Shown here: piece after piece, positions 1 to 10,527 of the stretch
Position numbering within the stretch: position 1 is the stretch's first letter
How the letters are laid out: each line of letters starts with the position of its first letter
DNA from: Desulfatiglandales bacterium
Lineage (GTDB): Bacteria; Desulfobacterota; DSM-4660; Desulfatiglandales; Desulfatiglandaceae
Length of the DNA: 64,000 nt
Assembly (NCBI GenBank): GCA_963666345.1
Contig: OY762721.1
Location: forward strand, 704,001 to 768,000
Direction: 5' to 3'
Translations under genes and position numbers: made by a program
The notes under the pieces: model-generated
The model's database searches: none
What the model was told of the DNA's origin: nothing
The model's input: the letters and a program-made list of their open reading frames with translations, nothing else

Positions 1-1185
1 CAGTTTGATCTCCACCTTTTCTTCAAGATTCTGGTAATAATCCTGCAGGATACTGACTACTTCCGGCCTTGAAAATTCCGGGGGGAGGTCTCCGCCTTCA
101 CTAAGGGTCTTCCTCACCATGGTACCTGACAGAAGCAGCCTGTCATCCTTCCCGTGCGGACATGTCTTCATGGAAGCCATGCCGCCGCATTTGTAGCAAT
201 AAAAGGTCCAGTCTATATTGAGATTTTCACATTTGAGGCCACCGGCAGGTATCTGATCGAATATCTTCTGTGCATCAAAGGGACCGTAATAATCACCGAC
301 TCCTGCATGATCGCGGCCTATAATCATATGGCTGCAACCGTAGTTCTGTCTGAATACAGCATGCAGAAGTGCCTCTCTGGGACCGGCGTACCTCATCTCC
401 ATAGGATAACCGCCCTGCACGACAGTGCCTTCTACGAACCAGTTATCCACAAGCGCCTGGATGGCCTTAACCCTTACATCGGCCGGGATATCGCCAGGTT
501 TGAGTTTGCCGACCAGTTGATGGATATAGACCCCGTCCATCACCTCTACAGCGATTTTGGCTAGAAATTCGTGAGACCGATGCATCGGGTTCCTGAGCTG
601 AAGGGCGGCCACCCTTGACCAGCCCATTTCCTCAAAGATCTTCCTTGATTCGGCCGGTCTGTGATAGAGTCCTTTGAACTGCTCAGGGTAATAGCTCTCG
701 CTCACCACCTTGACCGGACCCGCGAGATTGTATTTGCTCTGGGCCATGACCTTTTCTACGCCGGGATGCTCGCTGTCTGACGTAGTAAAGACCTTCATGC
801 ATTCGTGTTCTTTGTCTATCTCATATTTTTCAGTTACCTTCATGGTCGCTATGGTTGTTCCAGTTTCGGTATCCACCAATGCCGCTTCATCCCCCTGTTT
901 TACCTCCTCATCATCGGTTGAAAGCGTTATAGGGATCGGCCAGAAGGTTCCATTTGCCATAGTGAAATTGTCGCAGACGCCCTGCCAGTCAGACTTGGTC
1001 ATAAATCCGGTGAGTGGTGTAAAGGCGCCGATGCCCATCATGATCAGATCAGAGGTCTCTCTTGAGGTCATTTTGATCTGCTTGAGCCCTTTGGCCCTTT
1101 CAAGCTCCCTTTCAAGGTCGCTACCTGCAAGCAATAAGGGCATCAACCTTTCTTCCTTTCCATGGGGTGGGATAAGTCCTGCCAT
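1..1185 (-). CDS. sat: Sulfate adenylyltransferase (ATP sulfurylase), 3' end runs off the window
   Basis: Not in the ORF track because no stop falls inside the window. Spot translation gives [12 protein letters not shown]..., the catalytic [11 protein letters not shown] motif and ...[13 protein letters not shown] at the edge. An AGGAGG RBS lies upstream. Confidence 0.95.
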   Translation of the reverse strand, partial: MAGLIPPHGKEERLMPLLLAGSDLERELERAKGLKQIKMTSRETSDLIMMGIGAFTPLTGFMTKSDWQGVCDNFTMANGTFWPIPITLSTDDEEVKQGDEAALVDTETGTTIATMKVTEKYEIDKEHECMKVFTTSDSEHPGVEKVMAQSKYNLAGPVKVVSESYYPEQFKGLYHRPAESRKIFEEMGWSRVAALQLRNPMHRSHEFLAKIAVEVMDGVYIHQLVGKLKPGDIPADVRVKAIQALVDNWFVEGTVVQGGYPMEMRYAGPREALLHAVFRQNYGCSHMIIGRDHAGVGDYYGPFDAQKIFDQIPAGGLKCENLNIDWTFYCYKCGGMASMKTCPHGKDDRLLLSGTMVRKTLSEGGDLPPEFSRPEVVSILQDYYQNLEEKVEIKL

Positions 1186-1286
1186 AAAAAATCCTCCTTT
1201 CATATTTTGCCTGAACCTGCAATAGAAAATCTGATCAGATGGCAAATGATTAATATTTAAGGCTAAACTTCCGAAACAAACGACAT

Positions 1287-1661
1287 TTATTCTGTATGGA
1301 CCGATTTTCTTATAGAGATGTGATCCAGGATCTCCTTAAGATGTTCCTCACTTACCGGTTTTGACATGTAGTAGATAATTCCCAGGGTCCTGATTCCCCT
1401 TTCGAGTTCTTCCGTACTCTTTTCGGTCATGGTGACAATGCCCAGCCGGGGATTCAGTTCCTTGATCCCCCTGATCAATTCCTGCACAGACATATCCGGC
1501 ACCGAGACATCCATGAGAACCAAATCAAACGACCCTTTTCTTATCTTGTCAAGGGTTTCCCAGCCGGTTTCAGACATTTCGGCCTTATAGCCCCATCCCC
1601 GAATCAGACCAACTATCGTTAACAAGGCAGGGACATTATTATCTACTACCAAAACATTCAT
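1287..1661 (-). CDS. Single-domain response regulator (receiver)
   Basis: 124 aa with a VLVVD...DLVLMD...SKP receiver pattern. Confidence 0.85.
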   Translation of the reverse strand: MNVLVVDNNVPALLTIVGLIRGWGYKAEMSETGWETLDKIRKGSFDLVLMDVSVPDMSVQELIRGIKELNPRLGIVTMTEKSTEELERGIRTLGIIYYMSKPVSEEHLKEILDHISIRKSVHTE

Positions 1662-1718
1662 ACTTTTAATGCCGTAATTTAATACAAATGTGAGATCATG
1701 TTGACTCCACTATATAAG

Positions 1719-1734
1719 GCAACATGCATGCCAA
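1719..1734 (-). promoter_or_regulatory. Sigma54 (-24/-12) promoter for the receiver gene and probably sat
   Basis: TTGGCATGCATGTTGC on the minus strand, about 57 nt upstream of the ATG at 1661. Confidence 0.8.
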
Positions 1735-1913
1735 CTTAAACCGAGCGGCTTAAGCTCATGATATAACTTATTATCTGGTTTTGATGCGCAAGTCAGGGGG
1801 AAATAAATGGAATGGGATGTCGGGCGTAAAAACCTTAAAGGAAAGAAAATAATGCCATATATAGCTGAAATACTTAAAGAACCTTAAATCGGGCTTTTAA
1901 GCCCGATTTAAGG

Positions 1914-4478
1914 TCAGGAAAGCCCGATTTTTTTCATCTTTACATAAAGGGTCTTTGGATCAATCCCAAGTTCAGCAGCAACTCTTCCTCTTTTCCATGA
2001 CCTTTTGTTTAATGCGGCCAAGATATAGCGTCTCTCAAAATTAAGTGTCGCCTCTTTTAGATCCGCTATCTCAGGTTCGACATCGGGATATACGTCTTCT
2101 TCCATCTTTTCATGAAGTCCGTTTATTTTAAGGAAATGGAAATTTCCTACAGCCAGATAACGCTGTATCACACTCTGAAGTTCACGGACGTTACCCGGCC
2201 AGTCATGATTGTTCAACACCTCCATGATCTTACCCGGTATGGTTGGGATTTTCTTATCCTTGCAATACATCCCGAGGAAATGCTCGACAAGTAGCGGGAT
2301 ATCCTCTTTTTTCTCCCTCAGGGGGGGCAGTACAATCGGAAGAACACTTATACGATAATAAAAATCCTGTCTTAATTTGCCTTCTGCAACCATGGCTGAA
2401 AAGTCTCTGTTCGTAGCTGCAATTATCCTTGCATGAGACCTTTGAAGTTTTGTGTCACCTACGGGGTTGTATTCACCGCTTTCAAGGGCCCTGAGCAACT
2501 TTACCTGCATAGTCAGACCAAGCTCCCCCACCTCGTCCAGGAACAGGGTCCCGCCGTCGGCTGTGTGGAGATAACCTGTTTTGTTGATATGAGCGCCGGT
2601 AAAAGCCCCTTTGACGTGTCCGAAAAACTCGCTTTCCACCAGATTTTCCGGAATAGCCCCACAATTGACAGGGACGAACGAATTATCCCCCCTTGAACTC
2701 ATTTCATGAACCGCTCTGGCCACCAGCTCTTTGCCAGTACCTGATTCCCCCAGGATCAGGACATTAGCCTCCGAACCCGCGGCCCTCAAAATAAGTTCAT
2801 ATACCTCCTGCATGGGACGACTCTTGCCTATTATTTCTCCAAAACGATACCTCTCCTTTATTGAGGATCTCAGTTTGATATTCTCTCGTCGCAGGTAATC
2901 GGTCTCTTCCTGCATGGATCTTTCCCACATGACCTGTTCAGTATCATCTCTTATTGCTGCAAGAATCGCAGCACCGGTTTTCAGGCTTATTATGCTCCTG
3001 TTTGTGGAGACCCAAAACTTCCTGCCCTCTCTGCTTACACCTATTCCCCTAAGTGTTGAACCAAGATCCTCATCGTTTTCAGAGGCATCAAAAACTCTTC
3101 TGAAAAGCTCTCTGAAATCCTTGTCAAAAAAGTCTGTTATCTCCACACCGTCCAACTCTTTAGAGTTCTGACAGCCGAACATATCGGCAAATGTATTGTT
3201 TGCGAAAAGGATCTTTCCTCCCTGCACCATTACAGCCCCTTCCGCTATAAATTCAGTGACATTCCGGTAAAGCATTTCTCTTTCTTCAAGGTCTTTCTGA
3301 GCATTTTTAAGGGCAGTGACATCCCTCAATATAGACAACTTGGAAAGGCTTCCATCCGGGTTTCTAAGGGGAGTATCAAGCACATCATAGATTTTTCCGT
3401 TCCTGGGAAAAACCCATTCCCGCCTGACTGTCTTTCCTCCGAATACCGCATCCAATTTGCAGTCTGAACAGGGAGTTTTGTTTTCCCGAAAATACTCGTA
3501 ACAGACCCTTCCCTGAGCCGGGCCGAATTCATGTTCGAGAGCGGGATTCACATATTCGATCTCGTATTGCTCATTAACCTTATACACAAGATCTTCCATT
3601 GATTTGAGTATGTTCAGTATATTTTTGCTTTCAAGCCTGAGTGCATCCTCCGCCCTGACCCTTTCGGCAATCTTACCCAGCCGCTCTGCAATAGCACCCA
3701 GCAGATCGCTTTCCTCCTTGAGAAAAAAACCACCGCCACTTTCAGGTTTTACAAGGTAATAGACCTCAAGCGTGCCTGCCCATTCACCATTCACCGTTAT
3801 ATCGCAGCTCTGCCTCCAGGGAGTTTCTATGAAATTTTCCGTCTTGAATTCCTGATAACCCATTATTATTCTGGCGCAGGTTATATCGGAATACTGCCAG
3901 GAAGAGGGGATAAGCTCCGCCACCTCGGCAAGGATCTCCTCTATCGAGATACCCGGTCTTTCCCGAAGCTTGGAAATGCTGTAGAGGCAGTTTAATTCCT
4001 TGACGCGTTTGCCGAGATCATATGTTCGTTCCCCCAGGATCGTGTTTTTTTCCTCTAAGAGAGTTTCAAGTTCATTCTTTTCTCTGATCAGACGATCATT
4101 CTTATCCTTAATCCTGAGCATGGCACTTATCTGCGCCATCAGCTCGTCATTTTCGATGGGTGTATGAAGGAAACTGTCCGCACCGCAAGCAGAAAGCTCG
4201 GGATAATATTCAGAGCCTTCATGCTTTGGGCAGACTATTATCAAAGGGATGCAGGAAGTCTCATCTCTTAATTCAAGCTCTTTACATATTTTTTTGACGA
4301 CCGCATTGCCTTGAGAAGGCCCTACTAATATTAGATCGGGATATTCACTGGTCACTTCACTGTGGATCTGATCTTCTGAACCTGAGGAAATCTCTATTAA
4401 CCGTAAAATAAGCGAATCATGCTGAGAAAGCGATCGAACGAGATCCTGAGTGTCGTTTATAAGCAAAAGTTTAGGCAT
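1914..4478 (-). CDS. Sigma54-dependent enhancer-binding protein (degenerate REC, PAS domains, AAA+, Fis HTH)
   Basis: GESGTGKE, GAFTGA, LFLDEV and WPGNVREL motifs, plus a C-terminal HTH. Confidence 0.95.
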   Translation of the reverse strand: MPKLLLINDTQDLVRSLSQHDSLILRLIEISSGSEDQIHSEVTSEYPDLILVGPSQGNAVVKKICKELELRDETSCIPLIIVCPKHEGSEYYPELSACGADSFLHTPIENDELMAQISAMLRIKDKNDRLIREKNELETLLEEKNTILGERTYDLGKRVKELNCLYSISKLRERPGISIEEILAEVAELIPSSWQYSDITCARIIMGYQEFKTENFIETPWRQSCDITVNGEWAGTLEVYYLVKPESGGGFFLKEESDLLGAIAERLGKIAERVRAEDALRLESKNILNILKSMEDLVYKVNEQYEIEYVNPALEHEFGPAQGRVCYEYFRENKTPCSDCKLDAVFGGKTVRREWVFPRNGKIYDVLDTPLRNPDGSLSKLSILRDVTALKNAQKDLEEREMLYRNVTEFIAEGAVMVQGGKILFANNTFADMFGCQNSKELDGVEITDFFDKDFRELFRRVFDASENDEDLGSTLRGIGVSREGRKFWVSTNRSIISLKTGAAILAAIRDDTEQVMWERSMQEETDYLRRENIKLRSSIKERYRFGEIIGKSRPMQEVYELILRAAGSEANVLILGESGTGKELVARAVHEMSSRGDNSFVPVNCGAIPENLVESEFFGHVKGAFTGAHINKTGYLHTADGGTLFLDEVGELGLTMQVKLLRALESGEYNPVGDTKLQRSHARIIAATNRDFSAMVAEGKLRQDFYYRISVLPIVLPPLREKKEDIPLLVEHFLGMYCKDKKIPTIPGKIMEVLNNHDWPGNVRELQSVIQRYLAVGNFHFLKINGLHEKMEEDVYPDVEPEIADLKEATLNFERRYILAALNKRSWKRGRVAAELGIDPKTLYVKMKKIGLS

Positions 4479-4884
4479 TGCTACTCCTTATAGCTTGCAG
4501 ACATTCAGATAAAATCCCTTGGACAAAAAGATGGAGCAGGCAGTTCATTAAAACGATAACTTTTTATAATATATAATTTCATGGCCCAGACAAGCACTAT
4601 TTTCAAAAAGCACACAGCAGTTATTACAGAAAGGCTTGAAATGACGGCATCTTGACTTCAAAATTAAGGGAACCGTCTTATCGATCTATGTTTAGAAAAG
4701 GAAAGGGGCACCAAACATTTTAGACTGCCCCTTATATCCCCTTTTAAAATTTATTTATCTGTTCATTTTTTTAATGCCCTAATGCTGATCCATTCGCAAA
4801 AGGTCAACTTTGAGGCGGCAGACTGGAAAGTTCCACCCCAAGGCGGGAAGTTATCCATTTCATGAAACAGCCGATGCCGATATA

Positions 4885-6585
4885 TCACACCATATTATAT
4901 TTGGGACCTCCACCGCCTTCAGGAGGAACCCATGTTATGTTTTCATAAGGATCTTTGACATCGCAGGTCTTGCAATGCAGACAGTTTGAAAAGTTGATCT
5001 TCATACGGGGATTTCCGGAAGATTCTTCCACTTCCATCTCATAAACATTGGCTGGACAGAATCTTAGGCATGGATTCTGATATTCTTCCATGCATTTTGT
5101 ATAACAGAGGTTAAGGTCTTTTATCCTCAGATGAGCAGGCTGCTTTTCTTCATGCGTGGTGGCCGAGTAATACACATCGGTCTCCTTGTCAAAGGTCAGC
5201 CGGCCGTCAAATTTCATAAGTCCCTTTTGTTCGTCTGTCGGTTCAGATGTCCCGTACAGGTCTTTCACCTTTCTTAAATGAGTGGAATCAGGTTCTGAAT
5301 AAAGCCTGTTTTTTAGAATTCTTCCACCCAGGAGATATTGCATCCCGCCTTTTATCAACCCTCCCCAGAGGCCTTTATGAAACGCCTGGTGAAAATTGCG
5401 GACCTTGTAGAGTTCTTTGCCTATGTAGCTCTCATAAAGTCTCTTTTCATATATGGAAAGCCGCGAATCTGAGTAATTTTTTTCAAGCAGCGACTGGAAC
5501 ACCGATTCGGCTGCAAGCATCCCGGATTTCATTACTGAATGAACGCCTTTTATCTTCTGGCTTATAAACAGACTGGCGGAGTCGCCTATAATAAGCCCCC
5601 CATCAACGGTCAGCTTTGGTATGGAAAAATACCCTCCTACAGGAGCGGTTTTTGCCCCGTACTGAACAAGTTTGCCCCCTTCCAGCAAGCCTTTGACAAA
5701 GGGGTGAAGTTTAAATTTCTGAAACTGAAGATGAGGATCCAGATATGGATCACTATAGTCCAATCCTGTCAGCAGACCTATGGAGACCTTATTGTCTTTC
5801 ATGCCATAGATAAATCCCCCGCCATAGGTATCATTTTTATGAGGATAACCCATGGTATGGACAACCTCTCCAGGCGCCATCCTTCCCTCCGGTATCTCCC
5901 ATACCTCTTTTGCACCTACGACATAGTTCTGTGGATTTTTATCCGCATCAAGTCTGAACTTATCTATCAGAGACTTTGTAAGACTGCCCCTTGATCCTTC
6001 TCCAAAAACGGTTACTTTTGCCTTGAGATCAATTCCAGGTTCAAAATTACCCTTTTTGGTTCCATCCGCATCAATGCCCTTGTCCCCTGTCCTTACACCC
6101 GCCACCGATTCATTCTCATAAAGCACCTCTGTGCCTGAAAAGCCGGGGAAGATGTCAACACCGTTTTCTTCCACAATTTTCCCCATCCACTCGGTCAATT
6201 TGGATAGAGAAACCACATAATTGCCATGATTGTTAAGAGGTGGTGGAGTGATGGGAGATTTTATCATTCCCTTGGCGGTCAGAAGACACACCTTCTCCTT
6301 GATTACCTCGCTTTCCAATGGGGCACCTTTTTCAAGAAAATCAGGAACGAGCTCTTTAAGCGCAACAGGATCCATAACCGCACCTGATATTGAATGAGCA
6401 CCGACATAGGCCCCCTTTTCAAGTACCGCAATCATTATCTCATCAAAAGATTCACCCTCTTTACCGTTTTTCACATCCTCGTTATGTCTTTTTATAAGAT
6501 TTGAAAGGTGCAACGCACCACTCAGGGAAGCTATCCCCCCCCCAACAAAAACCACATCAACCTCCATGACATCTCTTTCTTCCAC
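4885..6585 (-). CDS. Electron transfer flavoprotein:quinone oxidoreductase (FixC/ETF-QO with C-terminal ferredoxin)
   Basis: VFVGGG FAD motif, HSISGAVMDP and C-terminal CPANVYE...NCLHCKTCD. Start moved to GTG 6585, which follows AAGGAGG. Confidence 0.92.
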   Translation of the reverse strand: MEERDVMEVDVVFVGGGIASLSGALHLSNLIKRHNEDVKNGKEGESFDEIMIAVLEKGAYVGAHSISGAVMDPVALKELVPDFLEKGAPLESEVIKEKVCLLTAKGMIKSPITPPPLNNHGNYVVSLSKLTEWMGKIVEENGVDIFPGFSGTEVLYENESVAGVRTGDKGIDADGTKKGNFEPGIDLKAKVTVFGEGSRGSLTKSLIDKFRLDADKNPQNYVVGAKEVWEIPEGRMAPGEVVHTMGYPHKNDTYGGGFIYGMKDNKVSIGLLTGLDYSDPYLDPHLQFQKFKLHPFVKGLLEGGKLVQYGAKTAPVGGYFSIPKLTVDGGLIIGDSASLFISQKIKGVHSVMKSGMLAAESVFQSLLEKNYSDSRLSIYEKRLYESYIGKELYKVRNFHQAFHKGLWGGLIKGGMQYLLGGRILKNRLYSEPDSTHLRKVKDLYGTSEPTDEQKGLMKFDGRLTFDKETDVYYSATTHEEKQPAHLRIKDLNLCYTKCMEEYQNPCLRFCPANVYEMEVEESSGNPRMKINFSNCLHCKTCDVKDPYENITWVPPEGGGGPKYNMV

Positions 6586-6701
6586 CTCATACACCTCCTT
6601 GTTCCAGTTTTCTGTGATTATGATTAATCTCTCGTTCAAGAAAATTCTTTCTCTGAAAATAAGACACTATAAAAAATGTATTCTCCGACATAACAATGCA
6701 G

Positions 6702-6717
6702 GCAATTCATGTGCCAA
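6702..6717 (-). promoter_or_regulatory. Sigma54 promoter for ETF-QO
   Basis: TTGGCACATGAATTGC on the minus strand. Confidence 0.8.
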
Positions 6718-7021
6718 GGATACGGCGATAACAGCGGGGCATATAATACCCCCAAAATACTCACTACTTCTTTTATAGCACTTGATAAAGCAATACCAAA
6801 GGCTCCTTGACTGATGTCAGTTTTTTTTGCAGGATGTAAAGGCCTGACGGGCACGTTACCTTTAACTGCCTAATTTGCTGCAGCTTTAATCGTTTCTCAT
6901 ATCTTTCAGGTCAAAGAGATGAGCCATGGCCCTGTTTCGCTCTTAAGATAAGGGATGAGGCTGGCGCTGGGTTATTAATTTGCTTGAAGTCTACTTTAAG
7001 ATCGATCCTTTTGGAAGGTTA

Positions 7022-7999
7022 TCAAAAATCTCTGTCTATTACATATTGTTTCAATTCAATGAGATTTTTTTTTGCAGGAGAGTCAGGGAATTCTTTAAGA
7101 TTCTGTTCAGCCTTTTCTCCAAAGGCCCTCGCCTCATCCCTTATATCTTGGAGGCACCCGGTTTTTCTCACCAGATCTACCACTTCAAGCGCTTCCTCTT
7201 GAGTCCATTCCCCGGAGTTCAGCAATTCTTCAACATACCTCCTCTCAGTGCTGTCAAACCTGGGGAGAGAATAGATCAGAGGAAGAGTTATCTTACCTTC
7301 CTGAAAATCTTTGCCCACAGGTTTTCCAAAGACCTCCTGAGAGGAAGTATAGTCCAAAAGGTCATCTATTAATTGAAAGGATATACCCACGTTTCTCCCG
7401 AACTGCCCAAGGCATTTTACCTTCTCTTCATCAGCATCGGAAACCAGTGCCCCGCACGCACAAGCCGCAGATATGAGCGCGGCTGTTTTTGCTGAGATGA
7501 TTTCCATGTATTCCTCTCTGCTTGTTTTCCAATCTCCCGTGTGCATAAATTCATAGATCTGCCCTTCAGTCATCAGGGTGGTGGATTCGATTATCTTCTT
7601 TAAAAACTTGAAGTCGTTCGCAGCAAAGGCGACTGCACTTGATTTGGAAAATATATAGTCACCAACCAGCACTGCGGAATAATTACCCCACAGGTTGTTC
7701 GCAGAGGGTTTCTTTCTTCTAACATCTGCGTTGTCCAGCACATCGTCATGCAGCAGCGAGGCATCGTGAATACATTCAAAGATGGTTGAAAGGGGGTAAA
7801 CATCTTCGCCATGATAGTCACAGATTTCACAGGAAAGCACAAAAAAAAGCGGTCGAAGCCTCTTTCCTCTTCCGGAAAGGGTATGAGCTACGATCTCTTC
7901 GATAAGAGGTACCTTGGAACTCAGAACTTCCTTTAGACTTTCGTCAATGCGTTTAAAATGGCCCTGATGCTTATCCAATATTTTATTGCTGTGATTCAT
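7022..7999 (-). CDS. ispB: Polyprenyl (octaprenyl-type) diphosphate synthase
   Basis: GKRLRP, LHDDVLD...RR, FQLIDDLLD and GKDFQEGKITLP motifs. Confidence 0.88.
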   Translation of the reverse strand: MNHSNKILDKHQGHFKRIDESLKEVLSSKVPLIEEIVAHTLSGRGKRLRPLFFVLSCEICDYHGEDVYPLSTIFECIHDASLLHDDVLDNADVRRKKPSANNLWGNYSAVLVGDYIFSKSSAVAFAANDFKFLKKIIESTTLMTEGQIYEFMHTGDWKTSREEYMEIISAKTAALISAACACGALVSDADEEKVKCLGQFGRNVGISFQLIDDLLDYTSSQEVFGKPVGKDFQEGKITLPLIYSLPRFDSTERRYVEELLNSGEWTQEEALEVVDLVRKTGCLQDIRDEARAFGEKAEQNLKEFPDSPAKKNLIELKQYVIDRDF

Positions 8000-8425
8000 A
8001 AAACAAATTTGCTCCCCCGCCCCCGGGTGTGATCATGGACATTGCCGTTTGAAATCCCGCTGATCTGCCGGCAGGGAGGTTTATTTTCCATACGGGTATT
8101 GCATGAAATCTCTACGCTGTTGCGACAAAATCCGATGCATCTGAAAAAAAATAAAAAATCCTCCCGCCCATGCGGGAAATACCTTTCGACTCCTTATGAA
8201 TAAGACTCAAATACAGTAACAAAAAATAAAACATAATCCCGCCGAAGGCGGGACATTTGGACCTTTCACGAGGCCATCAACTCCTGGTTTTTATTACAAG
8301 AAAATTAGGCGCCGTTTGACTTGTTCTCATATTTGGGTCTTCACTACCCAACATTTTATAATTGCAAAGATAAAGCATTGTCAAAGGAATAATCCCAAAT
8401 TATCCTAATGGACAATCAAGGCTAT

Positions 8426-9040
8426 TCAGTCGGTATAGCCATCAAAAAACGAAACAAAGTCGAGCCTGTTTACAAGATCTGTAAATATCTCACTTAAAAC
8501 AGTATCCAGTGACCCGGTTCCGACAAGCCTCAAACGCTCTGCTTCCCCGCCTATTTTGCGTGTAACCGCAGTCTTCCCATCGACATTAAGCCTCGCCTCA
8601 TAGGCCATTTTTACCACCCAGTTTCTATCCACAATATCTATCAAAAATTCGATTAATGCTATCTCAACATCAAGTCTGCATTTTGAGTCTTGGCGCACTT
8701 CGAGACCCTCATTTTCAAGTCTTTTTTTGAACACCTCACTTAAAATTCGTTTCATCTCAAAAATACCCACCACATATCCTGTTTGATTAGGCTGTGATAC
8801 GCTTAAAGAGAGGCCTCCTGAGAAATTTTTCAGCTCTTTCTTTGCAATCGGAGTGAGTATTTCGCGATCATGACGAATGTCTGAAATTGTTAGAACAACC
8901 CCTTTCCCCTCCAGTTGAGGTTTCTTTATCGGGAGCTGATAATTTATCTTGATATCAGATATGGATGCGCACCCGAGAACAACACCCTGAAAAAGGATCA
9001 AAGGCAAAAAGATCTTTAAACCTTGCAACAACTTTTTCAT
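8426..9040 (-). CDS. Putative lipoprotein (YajG-like)
   Basis: MKKLL start, then a hydrophobic stretch and a VLG-C lipobox; family assignment tentative. Confidence 0.6.
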   Translation of the reverse strand: MKKLLQGLKIFLPLILFQGVVLGCASISDIKINYQLPIKKPQLEGKGVVLTISDIRHDREILTPIAKKELKNFSGGLSLSVSQPNQTGYVVGIFEMKRILSEVFKKRLENEGLEVRQDSKCRLDVEIALIEFLIDIVDRNWVVKMAYEARLNVDGKTAVTRKIGGEAERLRLVGTGSLDTVLSEIFTDLVNRLDFVSFFDGYTD

Positions 9041-9990
9041 AAAATGGCCTCTATTAATATTTAACTTGTCAAGTATAGATCTATGTTTACTTACAATAAA
9101 ACAAAATTTGATAGTATAATATATTTTATTGCGGTACATAGGTCCAGGTAGAAGGCCCTTTGATCTGTCTGATATTATTACAATTCAGATACCCTTTTAG
9201 TGATGTTAAAGGATAAGTTCCCATTATATCGCAACTTATCTGAGTGGATCGCACAGACAGCAAACAGGACTTTTCAGAAGTTGGAAAGTCGAAGGACTGA
9301 CAAACAGAAAAAGACATCAAGTTTTTTACCTCTGCCGATTCTATCCTCATAGGAAAACATTTCACCGGGGGTTTGTTTCAGGATATGCCTGTGGGATGTT
9401 TTTTTATGTAAGTCTACGGAAGCCTCAAATTTAAATTTGTATTGACATTGCAGATTTCTTAGGTGTATAGGGATTGACTAAATAACGCTAATATTCATCA
9501 TAAATAGTAGAAGGATTTTGACATATAGGTCAATTTTGGGAATGGCTTTATATTAAAGAGGACTTATATCATTTGTGACAAAAAGCTAAAAGTAAAAACG
9601 CTATATTGTTAAAAAAACCTTTCCCGATTCAAAGGTTAAATGGGAAACGGTATCCACCATAATGTTGAGAAATTTAGACAACTTTTTTATTTCAGCATAT
9701 AAGTTTTTCCATCGCGTTATAAAATAATTCATAAACAACGACCTTAAAAACACTCTCTGAGCAAAAGTTATCGCAAGGTAATAAGGCGGGATTGCTATAG
9801 ATAAAGGATTAATTTAATTGGTAATTTAGGTAAACACCTAATTTGAATTATTTTTTTACCCTTACATCTGTTCTATTTTAGACACACGAAAAGCCTCATC
9901 AGTTGATTTGCCGTTTTATGATTTAGCCTGCGTGGAAAAATGTGCAAATAATTGATGATACCTTTTCAAACCGGTCATCAGGCTTAAAAT

Positions 9991-10425
9991 TTGATGAAAA
10001 CTCGGGTTATTTCATTTGCAGACAGCTTACCTCTTTTTGGAAAAGTGGCTTATTCGATTTGTGAGGGAGTGCTGGGCACCATCTTGATATTTTTCCTATC
10101 TACTGCCCTGTTTCCACTTTCTCTTGCCGTTAAAATAGTTCCATGGGCAATAGGTTTCAACTCGGCGGTAACAGGCTATTCTCTGCTTAACAGAACTCAA
10201 GATTTATTTTCCCACAAGTTCACATATGCCCTTGTTGCAGGAGCGGTAAAGGTTCTGATTACATGGATTGTCCTGAACATAATGTTTTTATATCGAACGG
10301 ACGGATGTATCTTTTATGGATTGGATCTTATACTTTTTCTGATAATCGGAATGCCTTTCAGTGGGCTGGGCGCACTTCTGGCAATAAAATATTCAAAAAT
10401 CAAAAAAGCGAATAAAACTTTGTGA
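9991..10425 (+). CDS. Hypothetical four-helix membrane protein
   Basis: 144 aa with about four hydrophobic segments; first gene of a + strand cluster. Confidence 0.6.
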   Translation: MMKTRVISFADSLPLFGKVAYSICEGVLGTILIFFLSTALFPLSLAVKIVPWAIGFNSAVTGYSLLNRTQDLFSHKFTYALVAGAVKVLITWIVLNIMFLYRTDGCIFYGLDLILFLIIGMPFSGLGALLAIKYSKIKKANKTL

Positions 10426-10527
10426 AAGGAGGTAAAAACTGTCTGGTCATATTGTTTTAATGATGTGCATTTAGGCGAGATGTCATGTGCTCCATTTAAA
10501 GATCAACCACAACTCAAGGAGGAGGAG

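Noticed and set aside
154..1225. Plus-strand ORFs 154..564 and 710..1225
   Set aside because: They are antisense shadows of sat. The same applies to most short ORFs overlapping the long genes throughout the track.
9759..9800. GCAAAAGTTATC-GCAA-GGTAAT hairpin resembling the first stem of a c-di-GMP-I riboswitch
   Set aside because: The downstream GACGCAAAGC segment and second stem are not convincingly present; it would need an Rfam covariance search.
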